Positions 28,701 to 38,536 of a stretch of 64,000 nt of DNA are shown in pieces (the first letter of the stretch is position 1; each line of letters begins with the position of its first letter). The stretch is from assembly GCA_963843795.1 (NCBI GenBank), contig CAWJLW010000006.1, positions 1,302,001 to 1,366,000 of the forward strand, written 5' to 3'. The notes beneath the pieces are model-generated. The model ran no database searches and was not told where the DNA came from. It was given only the letters and a program-made list of their open reading frames with translations. The DNA comes from an uncultured bacterium. Its GTDB lineage: Bacteria > Armatimonadota > Abditibacteriia > Abditibacteriales > Abditibacteriaceae. The translations under genes were made by a program, and so were the position numbers.

Positions 28701-30058
28701 CGATTTTTGGTAAGAAAGCCGAAGAATCGCGCGATGCTTCGCTCCGTATGCCGCATGGAGAGAAGGGCACAGTTGTTGGCGTGCAGATCTTCGCGCGCCA
28801 CAAGTACTTCTCGCCGCAACTTTACGACCGTTTGCGTCGTGAAGGCGAAAGCGAAGACGCTGCCGAGCGCAAAGCGACCTTTGCGTTTGTCAACGATCCG
28901 GATCGTCCGATTTGCCCCATCACCGAAGGCCCGTTGGATAAGCGTCCGGGCGATGAGCTGCGCGCGGGCACCAATCAGATGGTGCGTGTTTATGTGGCGC
29001 AGAAACGCAAAATTATGGAAGGCGACAAGATGGCCGGTCGTCATGGTAACAAAGGCGTGGTTTCCAAAATCTTGCCCGAAGCCGATATGCCATTTTTGCC
29101 GGACGGAACACCGGTTGACATTATCTTGAATCCGCTGGGCGTGCCTTCGCGCATGAACATCGGTCAGATTTTGGAGATGCATTTGGGCTTGGTCGGCAAA
29201 CATCTGGGAACAGATTTCGAGAACCCGATTTTCAGTGGCGCGCGCGAACCGGAAATTTACGATGGCATGCAGCGTGTGGCGGCTCAGTTGCGTTATGCGA
29301 CGCTGCGCAATTACATCGAAAGCGAAATGGAACTGCCTTTGGAATTCGACGGCGGTACATTGCAAGTCGCTGGTAGTGCCAACGAAGACGAAGCTCGTTT
29401 GGAGAATCTCGAAGTCGCGTTGATGGATTTGTTGCTAGCTACTGATGACGAGCGCTTGGATGAATTGGGTGCAATGGTGAACACCGATGCCGAGGAATTC
29501 GGGCGTGCTGATAAAAACGTGAAAGCCGATTTGATTTTAAAGCGTGTTCGCGAAATTATAATGCGGCGTTCAGGCTTTGATCCGACAAGCGGTAAATGTG
29601 TGTTGAAAGATGGACGCACCGGCGAATCTTTGGAACAACCCGTTGCGACTGGTCAGGTGTATATGATGAAGTTGCACCATCTGGTAGAAGACAAGATTCA
29701 CGCCCGTTCAACCGGCCCATACTCGCTGGTGACACAGCAGCCGTTGGGCGGAAAAGCGCAGTTCGGTGGTCAGCGATTTGGTGAAATGGAAGTGTGGGCG
29801 CTGGAAGCTTATGGCGCAGCGCACACGCTGCAAGAAATTTTGACGATCAAATCGGATGACGTGACGGGCCGCGTTAAAACCTATGAGTCGATTGTCAAGG
29901 GCGAAAGCGTGCTGGAACCCGGCATTCCCGAATCGTTCCGCATTCTCGTCAAAGAACTGCAATCGCTGGCTTTGCAAGTCGAAGTCGAAGATGAAGACGG
30001 CAAAGTCGTCGAATTGAAAGAAGTCGATGACGAGATGGACTTCCAATACGCGCGCTAA
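25796..30058 (+). CDS. rpoB: DNA-directed RNA polymerase beta subunit
   Basis: 'QLSQFMDQTNPL', 'GRICPIETPEGPNIGLI', 'GDKMAGRHGNKG' and 'GGQRFGEMEVWALEAYGA'. ATG at 25796 follows AGGGGG. Confidence 0.99.
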   Translation: MAQTANGVSYLARDKNPTINGPANNRSVPFIVDGLAALGSGRPIDKTTLVKTAQKQVHLGDSIDIKVPNMVDMQLESYSWFLNTGLRELFDSFSPIEDFTGTMSLEFLDYTLGEPKFAPDECRERDMTYEMPMKVKVRVVNKETGELKESEVYLGELPCMTQRGTFIINGAERVVVAQLSRSPGAYFKEEIAYSGRRLIQMQIIPQEGAWVDAEVSEEATKDISVSMGVKIGQSKRMPITTLMRAFSGMDVAQPHAKRVESLAPTDEALKGRPLAEELIDYSTGELIGEPGQVIDDELFERIKTLRDNPTVEVAAQRLQCATTRQILELFGEKITLTEIAPESFFDEFAGSNDREYPYFISHDLMEGEAKRPVLRSCAHIDSEAVEKIMRVNPPSLEVYKMPAVLTGALVLDKVREERGRDEDPATMEQMALLEVHKNLRPGDPPTQESARSLLNSFFFDGKRYDLGRVGRYKLNRKLNSDVPSDTYTLTLHDLVAGIRYVIEMDKGENELYSSDDIDHLRNKRVRAVGELLQNQLRSGMLRMERVARERLTSLERDSVTAQAVISIKPITAAVRSFFGSGQLSQFMDQTNPLAELAHKRRLSVLGPGGLSRQSAKLEVRDVHHSHYGRICPIETPEGPNIGLIGSLATYARIDDYGFLQAPYRVVKDGKITSEIKYLQADEEETATIISGSAQVREDGGFVDELVQARHAQAHPLVKPEEADYMDLSPLQVFSVATAMIPFLENDDANRALMGSNMQRQAVPLVRPTVPLVKTGLEARSAMDSGAAVTCDIDGVVEDVTASSIRVRGYDGDEVTHTLRTFVRSNQATCIHQKPLVEKGQHVKAGTAIADGPATKDGELALGRNLTVAFALWEGYNYEDAIILSERVSKEDMLTSVHIEKYEVEARDTKLGPEEITRDIPNVGEDQLKNLDEHGVIRVGAEVLPQDILVGKIAPKSQGELSAEERLVIAIFGKKAEESRDASLRMPHGEKGTVVGVQIFARHKYFSPQLYDRLRREGESEDAAERKATFAFVNDPDRPICPITEGPLDKRPGDELRAGTNQMVRVYVAQKRKIMEGDKMAGRHGNKGVVSKILPEADMPFLPDGTPVDIILNPLGVPSRMNIGQILEMHLGLVGKHLGTDFENPIFSGAREPEIYDGMQRVAAQLRYATLRNYIESEMELPLEFDGGTLQVAGSANEDEARLENLEVALMDLLLATDDERLDELGAMVNTDAEEFGRADKNVKADLILKRVREIIMRRSGFDPTSGKCVLKDGRTGESLEQPVATGQVYMMKLHHLVEDKIHARSTGPYSLVTQQPLGGKAQFGGQRFGEMEVWALEAYGAAHTLQEILTIKSDDVTGRVKTYESIVKGESVLEPGIPESFRILVKELQSLALQVEVEDEDGKVVELKEVDDEMDFQYAR

Positions 30059-30067
30059 AAGCAGACG

Positions 30068-30164
30068 CTTGAAAGCAGACTTGAAAGCGAAAAGCTTGAA
30101 AGCGAAAGCTAAATCGCGGTGCAAGTACTTGCAGAGCACAGCACAGCCCTGCAAGTACTTGCAG
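30068..30164. repeat. rpoB-rpoC spacer: 3x CTTGAAAGC plus two palindrome copies
   Basis: CTTGAAAGC at 30068, 30080 and 30095; TGCAAGTACTTGCA at 30120 and 30150. Confidence 0.9.
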
Positions 30165-30208
30165 CCTTACAATTGAACCCACAACCGTTTCTCAAGGAGA
30201 CGCAATCA

Positions 30209-33200
30209 ATGATTGACGAAGCGAAATTCTTAACCGGGCCGACGCTCGACACCGACCGTGGCACCGACGTGATGGGCGGACGCGGTGGCAAAAAAGAGCC
30301 GACACCGACTGTCACATCCACTATTTTCGACTTGCTGCGTATCGGCATCGCCTCGCCGGACGACATCCGCTCCAAAGCGTGGAGCCGTGGCGAAGTCAAA
30401 AAGCCCGAAACTATCAATTATCGCACCTTCAAGCCCGAACGCGACGGCTTGTTTTGCGAGCGCATTTTTGGGCCGACCAAAGATTTGGAATGCTCGTGCG
30501 GTAAATTCAAAAAATCGAAGTTCAAAGGCGTTATCTGCGACCGCTGCGGCGTCGAAGTGACGCGCGCGAAAGTGCGCCGCGTACGCATGGGCCACATCGA
30601 ATTGGCCGCTCCGGTTGCTCATCTGTGGTACGTCAAAGGTGTGCCCAGCCCGATGGCCCTCTTGCTCGATATGTCACCGCGCTTTTTGGAGCGTGTGCTG
30701 TATTTCTCGCATTGGATCGTCACTTATGCTGATCAGAACAAAATCAGCAAAAACATCGAAAAAATCCGTGACGCCGTGATGAGCGAAATGGAAGAAATCG
30801 ATCAGTCGCGCGACATGGAACGCAAGCGCAATCTCGATATTTACGCCGAATTGCGTCAGAAATTGGACGAGAACGACGAAACTGTGTCGCAGTCCGATGT
30901 TGATCGTGCCAAAAAATCCGCCGAGGATGTATCGGGCGACACTTATGCTGAAGAGCGCAAGAAAGAATTGCAGGACGCTCTGGGCTTGTTGGCTGAAATC
31001 GAAGTGCGTCGCTTGCTGACCGATCAGGAATATCGTGGTTTGCAGCATTTGATGGAAACCGTGCAGCGCAAGCTGGGCGCCGATTTTCAGCCGCGTGTCG
31101 ATGCCAACGGCAAAACGCGCGGGGCCTTGTTCAACTGCGGCATGGGCGCCGAAGCAATGAAGGAACTGTTGCAAGATTTGGATTTGGAATCCTTGTCGCG
31201 CGAATTGAAAAAGTCCGTGCAGGAAACGCCGACCGGTGCCAAGCGTGGCCGCTTGATTAAGCGTTTGGAGATCACCGAAGCGTTCCGCAAATCGAAGAAC
31301 CGTCCCGAATGGATGATCTTAGAAGTGATTCCGGTCATGCCGCCCGAACTGCGCCCGATGGTGCAATTGGATGGCGGACGATTCGCGACATCTGACCTCA
31401 ACGATTTGTATCGCCGCATCATTAACCGTAATAACCGGTTGAAGCGCATCACGGAAATCCGCGCGCCCGAGTCGATTATCAACCACGAAAAGCGTCTGTT
31501 GCAGGAATCGGTCGATGCTTTGATCGATAACACGCGCCGTCAGCGTCCGGTTACCGGCTCGAGCGGTCGTCCACTGAAGTCTTTGAGCGACATGCTCAAG
31601 GGTAAAGAAGGCCGTTTCCGCAAAAACCTGCTGGGCAAACGCGTCGATTATTCCGGTCGTTCCGTTATCGTCGTCGGGCCGTCGTTGCGTTTGGATCAGT
31701 GCGGTTTGCCGAAAGAAATGGCGTTGGAACTGTTCAAGCCGTTCGTGATGAAGCGTTTGGTGCAAAAGGGCTACACCACCAACATCAAGACCGCGCGTCG
31801 CATGGTGGATCGCTTGAAGCCCGAAGTGTGGGACGCGCTGGAAGAAGTCATCCGCGAGCATCCCGTTTTGCTCAACCGCGCGCCAACCTTGCATCGTCTG
31901 GGCATTCAAGCGTTCGAGCCGAAGCTGGTCGATGGCAAAGCGATTCAAATTCACCCTCTGGTGTGTCCGTCTTTCAACGCCGACTTCGATGGCGATCAGA
32001 TGGCAGTGCATGTCCCGCTGTTTCCGCCGGCACAGGCCGAGGCGCGCATCTTAATGATGAGCACCAACAACCTGTTTTCGCCTCGCGACGGCGGCCCGGC
32101 GATGTCGCCTTCCTACGACATGGTTTTGGGTTGTTACTTTCTCACCATGCTGGAGCGTCACGCGGTTGATCCGAAATCGGTGAAGGAAGAAGACATTCGT
32201 AAGCTGGATAACGTTTTCGCCAATCCCGAAGCAGCGATCCGCGCCCACGATATGGGCCGTGTTGGTTTTCAATCGGTCATCGGTGTGCGTCATCCGCTAT
32301 CGCCTTATAAAAAAGAAGGTGCGGAAGTTGGCTGGCTGGCAACAACAGTTGGGCGTTTGATTTTCAACGAAATCGTGCCGGACGAATTGGGTTACATCAA
32401 CGAAGCAGTCGATAAGAAGATGATCGGCCAACTCGTAGTGCGCTCGCACGAAGAAGTCGGCAACGAGCGCTGTGTGATGCTGCTGGATGCCATCAAAGAC
32501 ATCGGTTTCAAATACGCGACCAAGTCGGGCATTTCCATGTCGTTGGGCGATATTAACGTTTCCTCGCGTCGCGAAGAAATTCTCGAACGCACCGAAAATC
32601 GCGTGAATCGCATCAACACCAGCTATCAGGAAGATAGCTTGGCGATGACGGCACAGGAACGCGAGCGCAACGTTTTGAAAGCGTGGATCGACGCCAGTGC
32701 GGACATCCAAACTGACGTCATCAAAGCATTGGATCGTTACAATCCGTTGTATTTGATGTCGCAGTCGGGCGCGCAGGGCAAAATCAAGCAGATGATGCAA
32801 ATTGTCGGAATGCGCGGTTTGATGCAAGACCCGTCCGGTCGCTTGATTGAAGACTTGCCGGTGAAATCGAACTTCCGCATGGGCTTGAATCTGCACGAAT
32901 ACTTCGTGTCTACGCACGGAGCGCGCAAAGGTTTGGCCGATACGGCTTTGCGAACTGCGGACGCGGGCTATCTCACGCGCCGGTTGGTTGACGTTTCGCA
33001 AGATGTGATTATTCGCGCCGACGATTGCGGAACTCAGGATTACATCACGGTCAAGGAAATCTACGAAAGCAACGAAGCGCATCGTCCCGATTCGTCCTCG
33101 CTGCTGGGCCGCCGTTTGATGGAAGCGATTCCCGATCCTGAAACGCGTGAAGTACTGTATCCAATTGACACTTACATCTCGAAAGCCGTTTGGGACGACA

Positions 33201-34960
33201 TTCAGACGCGCGAGTGGGCACCGACTTTCCGCATTCGCATTCACACGCCGCTGGAAACTTTGGACGAACGCTTGGTTGGCCGGTATGCGGTCGAAGACAT
33301 TGTACATCCAGAAAGTGGCGAAGTGTTGGTGAAAGCGGGCAGCGACATCACTCGCGATCAATCAGTCGAGATCGAACAATCCGGTGTACGCAGTGTGAAA
33401 ATCCGTTCGATTTTGACCTGTAAATTGCCACGAGGCGTTTGTGCGAAGTGCTATGGCCATGACCTCAGCACCAACCACGAAGTCGAAATTGGCGAAGCTG
33501 TCGGTATTATCGCCGCTCAGTCGATTGGTGAACCCGGCACACAGCTCACCATGCGCACATTCCACCTTGGTGGCGTGGCGCAGGGCGCATCCTTAACGGG
33601 TGTGGCAAATGTGAAAAAGGCACGTCAGCAAGCATTGCAAGAGTTGCGTTCGGACATCTCGAAAGGTACCTTCCAATTGCAGGGCACCGTCACCGAGCAA
33701 AAACGCGAGATTCAGCGTTACCTCAAAGTACTTGAGGCGACGGTTGGCGGCTTGTTGCGCGTTGTCGAATTGTTCGAGGCTCGTAAACCCAAGGGCGAAG
33801 CCATTACTACAACCGTTGATGGAACGGTCGTAGCGATTATCGGCGGCGGACGCGTCGATGTGTTGCCGGGAACCGATTTGGGTATCGACTTGGAAGCCGG
33901 GCGTACTGGCATCCGTCGCGTGTTGATTCACACAACGGCCAATGTCGCTGAGCGTGACAAATTGGTCGGCAACGTGATGGCCAGCACGGTCGAAAGCGAT
34001 GGCGACAAGCCAATTGTCAGTGGCGGTCAGGAATTAACCGATCGTATGCTGGACGCTTTGGAAAAAGCCGGCCACACGCGTGTGACTGTTCGACGTGAAT
34101 TTGCCGTGCCATATCGCGGAAAATTGGCGGTCGTTTCTGGCATGGAAGTGCTGGCCGGCGACACCTTAACCGAAGGTCCGTTGTGGCCGCAGGACGTTTT
34201 GGCATGGCGCGGTTTGAAGGGCGTGGCCGAGTATCTGGTGCAGGAAGTTCAAAAGGTGTACAAGTCGCAGGGCATTTCGATCCACGACAAGCACATCGAA
34301 GTTATCGTGCGTCAGATGTTGCGTAAACGTCGCGTCAAGGATACCGGCGATACAGAACTGATGCCCGGTCGTTTGGTCGATGCTCCGGCTCTCGAAGCCG
34401 TGAACGACAAAGCGACGAGCGAAGGTTTAACGCCCGCAACGGCCGATTTCGTTCTTTTGGGAATCACCGAAGCGGCCCTGGCAACCGAATCGTTCTTGTC
34501 TGCAGCGAGCTTCCAGAAGACGACCAAAGTCTTGACCGAAGCGGCGACACATGGCCGCGTCGATCAATTGGAAGGCTTGAAAGAAAACGTCATCATCGGA
34601 CGTTTAATTCCTGCCGGAACCGGCTTGCAGCGCAAGATCAGCATTGAAGTTCACGAGGACGAAGCCGCGTTGGAATACGCCAAATCGCATCTGGACGAAC
34701 TCAAAGCCAACGAGCTGCGCGCCAAGCCCGACCGTGGCTCGCAGCCTTCGGAAAGCGATATGGAAGCCATGTTCGCCGTCGGCGCCGATGCTGTGACCGC
34801 TGATGACACCGGCGAATTGGAAGCCGCCGGTTTCTCGGTCGGTGACCGCGCCAGTGATTTAGACGATAACGATGGTTCTTCGTCTCTGGGGATTCTAGAA
34901 AGCATGGATGAACCTTCAGCCGACGATATGTTCAATGTCGAACTCAATAGCGACGACTAA
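30209..34960 (+). CDS. rpoC: DNA-directed RNA polymerase beta' subunit
   Basis: '[12 protein letters not shown]', N-terminal Zn finger and '[15 protein letters not shown]'. AAGGAG RBS precedes ATG 30209; acidic C-terminal tail. Confidence 0.99.
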   Translation: MIDEAKFLTGPTLDTDRGTDVMGGRGGKKEPTPTVTSTIFDLLRIGIASPDDIRSKAWSRGEVKKPETINYRTFKPERDGLFCERIFGPTKDLECSCGKFKKSKFKGVICDRCGVEVTRAKVRRVRMGHIELAAPVAHLWYVKGVPSPMALLLDMSPRFLERVLYFSHWIVTYADQNKISKNIEKIRDAVMSEMEEIDQSRDMERKRNLDIYAELRQKLDENDETVSQSDVDRAKKSAEDVSGDTYAEERKKELQDALGLLAEIEVRRLLTDQEYRGLQHLMETVQRKLGADFQPRVDANGKTRGALFNCGMGAEAMKELLQDLDLESLSRELKKSVQETPTGAKRGRLIKRLEITEAFRKSKNRPEWMILEVIPVMPPELRPMVQLDGGRFATSDLNDLYRRIINRNNRLKRITEIRAPESIINHEKRLLQESVDALIDNTRRQRPVTGSSGRPLKSLSDMLKGKEGRFRKNLLGKRVDYSGRSVIVVGPSLRLDQCGLPKEMALELFKPFVMKRLVQKGYTTNIKTARRMVDRLKPEVWDALEEVIREHPVLLNRAPTLHRLGIQAFEPKLVDGKAIQIHPLVCPSFNADFDGDQMAVHVPLFPPAQAEARILMMSTNNLFSPRDGGPAMSPSYDMVLGCYFLTMLERHAVDPKSVKEEDIRKLDNVFANPEAAIRAHDMGRVGFQSVIGVRHPLSPYKKEGAEVGWLATTVGRLIFNEIVPDELGYINEAVDKKMIGQLVVRSHEEVGNERCVMLLDAIKDIGFKYATKSGISMSLGDINVSSRREEILERTENRVNRINTSYQEDSLAMTAQERERNVLKAWIDASADIQTDVIKALDRYNPLYLMSQSGAQGKIKQMMQIVGMRGLMQDPSGRLIEDLPVKSNFRMGLNLHEYFVSTHGARKGLADTALRTADAGYLTRRLVDVSQDVIIRADDCGTQDYITVKEIYESNEAHRPDSSSLLGRRLMEAIPDPETREVLYPIDTYISKAVWDDIQTREWAPTFRIRIHTPLETLDERLVGRYAVEDIVHPESGEVLVKAGSDITRDQSVEIEQSGVRSVKIRSILTCKLPRGVCAKCYGHDLSTNHEVEIGEAVGIIAAQSIGEPGTQLTMRTFHLGGVAQGASLTGVANVKKARQQALQELRSDISKGTFQLQGTVTEQKREIQRYLKVLEATVGGLLRVVELFEARKPKGEAITTTVDGTVVAIIGGGRVDVLPGTDLGIDLEAGRTGIRRVLIHTTANVAERDKLVGNVMASTVESDGDKPIVSGGQELTDRMLDALEKAGHTRVTVRREFAVPYRGKLAVVSGMEVLAGDTLTEGPLWPQDVLAWRGLKGVAEYLVQEVQKVYKSQGISIHDKHIEVIVRQMLRKRRVKDTGDTELMPGRLVDAPALEAVNDKATSEGLTPATADFVLLGITEAALATESFLSAASFQKTTKVLTEAATHGRVDQLEGLKENVIIGRLIPAGTGLQRKISIEVHEDEAALEYAKSHLDELKANELRAKPDRGSQPSESDMEAMFAVGADAVTADDTGELEAAGFSVGDRASDLDDNDGSSSLGILESMDEPSADDMFNVELNSDD

Positions 34961-34984
34961 AGTTAGTCGGAACTATTTTAATGG

Positions 34985-35022
34985 CAAAAACGCCGGGGCA
35001 AGTACTTGCCCCGGCGTTTTTG
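34985..35022. terminator. 38-bp perfect palindrome, bidirectional terminator of rpoC
   Basis: CAAAAACGCCGGGGCAAGT|ACTTGCCCCGGCGTTTTTG. Confidence 0.95.
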
Positions 35023-35040
35023 ATTTCGACACAACATTTT

Positions 35041-35808
35041 TCACATCACAGTCGCGCTAATTAAATTGGCGATGCGGCGTGGGGCTTCGAGTGGCAGCAG
35101 ATGACCGCAATCGGACAGAGTAATCAGGTGCGCCATTTTCAAGCGTTCGACGACTTCGCGCTTAAGCAAGTCGGCGCTCAAGCCGTGATCGCTGTCGCCT
35201 GTCACGACCGTAACTGGAACTTCGACTTGCGACATTTGGTGAGTAATATCTTCGCGACTGCCGTGATGCAGCCACGCTTTCCATGCCGAACGCGAACTGC
35301 GCAGACTGTCGTCTAGAGCGCGTTCAAAAACTCGGGCTGATAATTGGTGGGCGGTGAATTTGCCGAGGGTTTCACGCGCCGATTCACAAAAACCAAAACC
35401 CCATTCCAAGCGATGGCGCTCGGCATCGTTCATCGGTTCGGGAGTCGGTGGTGAAGGTGCCAGCAAAATGACTTTTTGTAATCCCTGCGGACGGCGCGAT
35501 GCCCATTCGAGAGCGATTTTGCCACCCATCGCGTGGCCAATAATCACGAATTTTTTCACGCCCAAGGCTTCGATTAAAGCTGCCATATCATCAGCGCTAT
35601 CTTCGATACGGTAACCGCCGGGAGTCGATTCGCTGCCACCAAAGCCGCGCAAATCGGGCGCAATACAACGATATTGATTCGACAAGGCATTGACGACTTC
35701 GTGCCAAGAGCGACCTGACCCTCCGAAATAATGCAGGAAAATCAAAGCTGTCTCGCCGCGTCCGCGCTCTCGATAATTTAAGCTGATGCCGTCAATTTGT
35801 TTCAACAT
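35041..35808 (-). CDS. Alpha/beta-fold hydrolase (nucleophile Ser replaced by Ala)
   Basis: 'LIFLHYFGG', 'APDLRGFGGS', 'GHAMGG' and 'CGHLLPLE'; GAGG RBS. Confidence 0.88.
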   Translation of the reverse strand: MLKQIDGISLNYRERGRGETALIFLHYFGGSGRSWHEVVNALSNQYRCIAPDLRGFGGSESTPGGYRIEDSADDMAALIEALGVKKFVIIGHAMGGKIALEWASRRPQGLQKVILLAPSPPTPEPMNDAERHRLEWGFGFCESARETLGKFTAHQLSARVFERALDDSLRSSRSAWKAWLHHGSREDITHQMSQVEVPVTVVTGDSDHGLSADLLKREVVERLKMAHLITLSDCGHLLPLEAPRRIANLISATVM

Positions 35809-35985
35809 GTATTACCTCACAACTGAGATCGGATGCCCGATGTTACCTTGCCCCTTAGTCGTGCTGTGCGACTAGTTGTTTCAAATAATTCGGATACCTT
35901 GATCCAAGAAGCATCGATGTTGCCATTTTTTATCTCATATCACTCACACATTTATTACTCACACATTCCAGAATCGTCACGCAAA

Positions 35986-36013
35986 AAGGCGCTGCAAGTA
36001 CTTGCAGCGCCTT
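35986..36013 (-). terminator. 28-bp palindrome; terminator of the oxidoreductase pair
   Basis: AAGGCGCTGCAAGTACTTGCAGCGCCTT with an A tract on the left (U tract on the minus strand). Confidence 0.85.
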
Positions 36014-36044
36014 CAACGACCCGTTCGCAATTTTGAACTGAATC

Positions 36045-36842
36045 CTAATGTCCGGCATAATAATCGTAACCGCGCTCGGCCCAGTAATCGGGCGGGCGTT
36101 CGTCGGTATAGGTTAAAGTGCCGATACGCTTGAGATTTTTGATGCCATATTTCACCGCAATCGCCAAGCGCAGTGGCGCGCCATGGTCGACGCTCAAAGG
36201 CGCGCCGTTCATTTCGTAACACAGCAAGGTTTGCGGATGCAGCGCCGATGCCATATCCAGCCCAACGTAATACTTTTCGTCCGGAGTTTTCAAGCCGATG
36301 TAATTTGGCAATGTGGTCAAATCATTCCAATTTACGGTTTGCCCATTTTTCGGTGCAGGTGGAAAACGGCGCAGAAAATCGCCCAAGCGCGCCCCTTTCC
36401 AGCTTTGCACAATAGCCCAGCCTTCGATGCAGCGCAGCTCGGTTATCATTTCCTGTGCTGGCAACGACTTGATTTGATCCAGAGTCACTTCGATATTTTT
36501 CACCGCGCCTACAACTTTCAAGCGCCAGTGCGCTGCATCAAGCTCGCCTTCCAAACCGATAGCGCCATTGGTGCGCATCGGGTCGATGCGAGCCGCCGCG
36601 AAGGTGGGGGCTAAACGTCGCGCTCCCAAAACCTTCTGGGCAACTGTTTCGTTGGCGCGCAAAACCCGGCGCAGCGGCCACAACGCGCCTGCTTCGGGCG
36701 GACGCGAATTGAGCCAGCGCACGCCACCGTATGCGCCGCCAATCGCCACAGCGCTCCATAAAAACGAGCGACGCGACATTTGGCGAATGCGCGCTTCGGC
36801 ATCTGATGTTTCGATTTCAGTGTTTTCGTCAGGTGAATTCAT
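36045..36842 (-). CDS. Molybdopterin-dependent oxidoreductase (sulfite oxidase/MsrP-like), Tat-exported
   Basis: 'SRRSFLW' twin-arginine motif, 'LRCIEGW' and 'HGAPLRL...KYGIKNLKRI'. ATGA overlap with the upstream gene. Confidence 0.85.
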   Translation of the reverse strand: MNSPDENTEIETSDAEARIRQMSRRSFLWSAVAIGGAYGGVRWLNSRPPEAGALWPLRRVLRANETVAQKVLGARRLAPTFAAARIDPMRTNGAIGLEGELDAAHWRLKVVGAVKNIEVTLDQIKSLPAQEMITELRCIEGWAIVQSWKGARLGDFLRRFPPAPKNGQTVNWNDLTTLPNYIGLKTPDEKYYVGLDMASALHPQTLLCYEMNGAPLSVDHGAPLRLAIAVKYGIKNLKRIGTLTYTDERPPDYWAERGYDYYAGH

Positions 36843-37645
36843 GGCGTTTCCTGGAGATGATCGGGCAGCGCTTTGTCGTCGCGCGTAGGAGTTGAAGGCT
36901 GATCGGTAAATTCGACGATTTCGTAGCCGGTAATCATAGCGCGAAAATTGTTCCACCCAGCGCGCGCGACTTGAATCACATGAACCAGAAAAAAGCCAAG
37001 GAAACCAATCGTGAGCCAGAAATGAAGCCAGCGCGCGACTTCATAAGCAGTCGCGTTGAAACCGGCAACTTGCGCGAGACGGCCCAGCGGCGAGGAAATC
37101 CACGCCGCCTGAACCGGCTTGTGAATCGCTAAACCTGTGAGCAGCGAACCCAAACCCATTACAATCACGCCGCTATAAGCGATGCGTTGCGCGCCGTTGA
37201 ACTTGGCGCGCGGAAGAGGTGTTCTGCGAATGCGCAAATCGTGAAGAACTACTTGAAACGCTTCGGAAAGGGTTTTTCGATTCGGCAACAAAACGCGCCA
37301 CTCGCCGGAAAAAATGAGATACAAAACATAAAACAAGCCATTGATGGCGAAAATCCACATGAACGTGAAATGCCAAGCCATGCCTTCGGCCAAACGAAAA
37401 GCGATGCCGAAACGTTCGTAAAAACCGTCCGGAAAAAACTTGATCAGTGTTGTCGAACCCCAGCCCACACGATAAATGTCGTTGGCCCAGTAAATTAGCA
37501 ATCCGCTCCACATCATCACGAATAAAACGGGAAAATTGAGCCAGTGAAACCAACGCATCGCCAGCGAATGTTTGGCTTCTAGACGTTTTCCGCCCTTGAT
37601 AGGACTTACAAGCCGATTTTTTGGCGTATTTTCACCTTGCGACAT
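36839..37645 (-). CDS. Di-heme cytochrome b subunit (cytochrome b/b6-type) partner
   Basis: 'RWFHWLN', 'WHFTFMW', 'KFNGAQRIAY' and 'RWLHFW...LVHVIQV'. Confidence 0.85.
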   Translation of the reverse strand: MSQGENTPKNRLVSPIKGGKRLEAKHSLAMRWFHWLNFPVLFVMMWSGLLIYWANDIYRVGWGSTTLIKFFPDGFYERFGIAFRLAEGMAWHFTFMWIFAINGLFYVLYLIFSGEWRVLLPNRKTLSEAFQVVLHDLRIRRTPLPRAKFNGAQRIAYSGVIVMGLGSLLTGLAIHKPVQAAWISSPLGRLAQVAGFNATAYEVARWLHFWLTIGFLGFFLVHVIQVARAGWNNFRAMITGYEIVEFTDQPSTPTRDDKALPDHLQETP

Positions 37646-37754
37646 GATGTCATCCTTATAACGCACACTGTGTTCGTGGCTTGGAGTATGAACTAAATTA
37701 ATGAATTCACGAATGAATTCACGAAACTGAAAATGGTTTTTAGGTTTAAAATAG

Positions 37755-37772
37755 CCTGCAAGTACTTGCAGG
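37755..37772. repeat. 18-bp palindrome copy between divergent genes
   Basis: CCTGCAAGTACTTGCAGG. Confidence 0.9.
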
Positions 37773-37788
37773 GGCTAAAAGGAAAATT

Positions 37789-38481
37789 GTGTTTATCGAA
37801 TTGGTTGTAGCACGCTATCGGGAAGATTTGAGCTGGCTCCGTAATATCCCTCCCCAAATTCGCACCACGATTTACGACAAAAATCCTGACGCGCCGCAAC
37901 CTGACTCGCTGCATTTGTCCAGCGCGCTCCGTTTGCCCAATATCGGACGCGAAGCGCACACTTATTTGCATCACATCATTACGCGCTGGGAAACTTTGTC
38001 GCCGCTGACGGTCTTCTGTCAGGGCAAACCGTTCGATCACGCTTTTGATTTTCATCTCACTTTACGGGAATTAGTTGAACAATTGGCGAGTGAACCCGAA
38101 AATAGGTCGGTTTTTCGTTGGCTTGGCCACGTTATCGACACCGACGACGCGCGGGGCCAGCGACTTTTCGTGCCGTGGAGTAAAAATGACGACGGGCACG
38201 AACTCGATTTGCACGCTTTTCATCGTGCGCTTTTCGGCTGCGAAGGGCCAGAGCATTATGTTTTTCAGTTGGGCGCACAGTTCGTTATCAGCAAAGCCCT
38301 GATTCATTCGCGTTCGTTAAATTTCTATCGTCGCGCTCTGCAAATTTCAATGGAGTTTCCCGATGCGGCGCACTGCTTCGAGCGCAGTTGGGACCAAGTT
38401 TTCGGGGTTCAAGGCATTGATTTAGACTGGTTAAATGGTCGTGAAACGGTTTACCTGAAACCGGTGCGGCGTTTAAAATAG
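37789..38481 (+). CDS. DUF3431-like protein
   Basis: 'LVVARYREDLSWL', 'PNIGREAHTYLHHII', 'AQFVISK' and 'FERSW'. Confidence 0.75.
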   Translation: MFIELVVARYREDLSWLRNIPPQIRTTIYDKNPDAPQPDSLHLSSALRLPNIGREAHTYLHHIITRWETLSPLTVFCQGKPFDHAFDFHLTLRELVEQLASEPENRSVFRWLGHVIDTDDARGQRLFVPWSKNDDGHELDLHAFHRALFGCEGPEHYVFQLGAQFVISKALIHSRSLNFYRRALQISMEFPDAAHCFERSWDQVFGVQGIDLDWLNGRETVYLKPVRRLK

Positions 38482-38536
38482 CAACAATCCTGGCTTTTTA
38501 AACCAAAACAAAAGCTCAATTCTTCGTATTCTTCAA

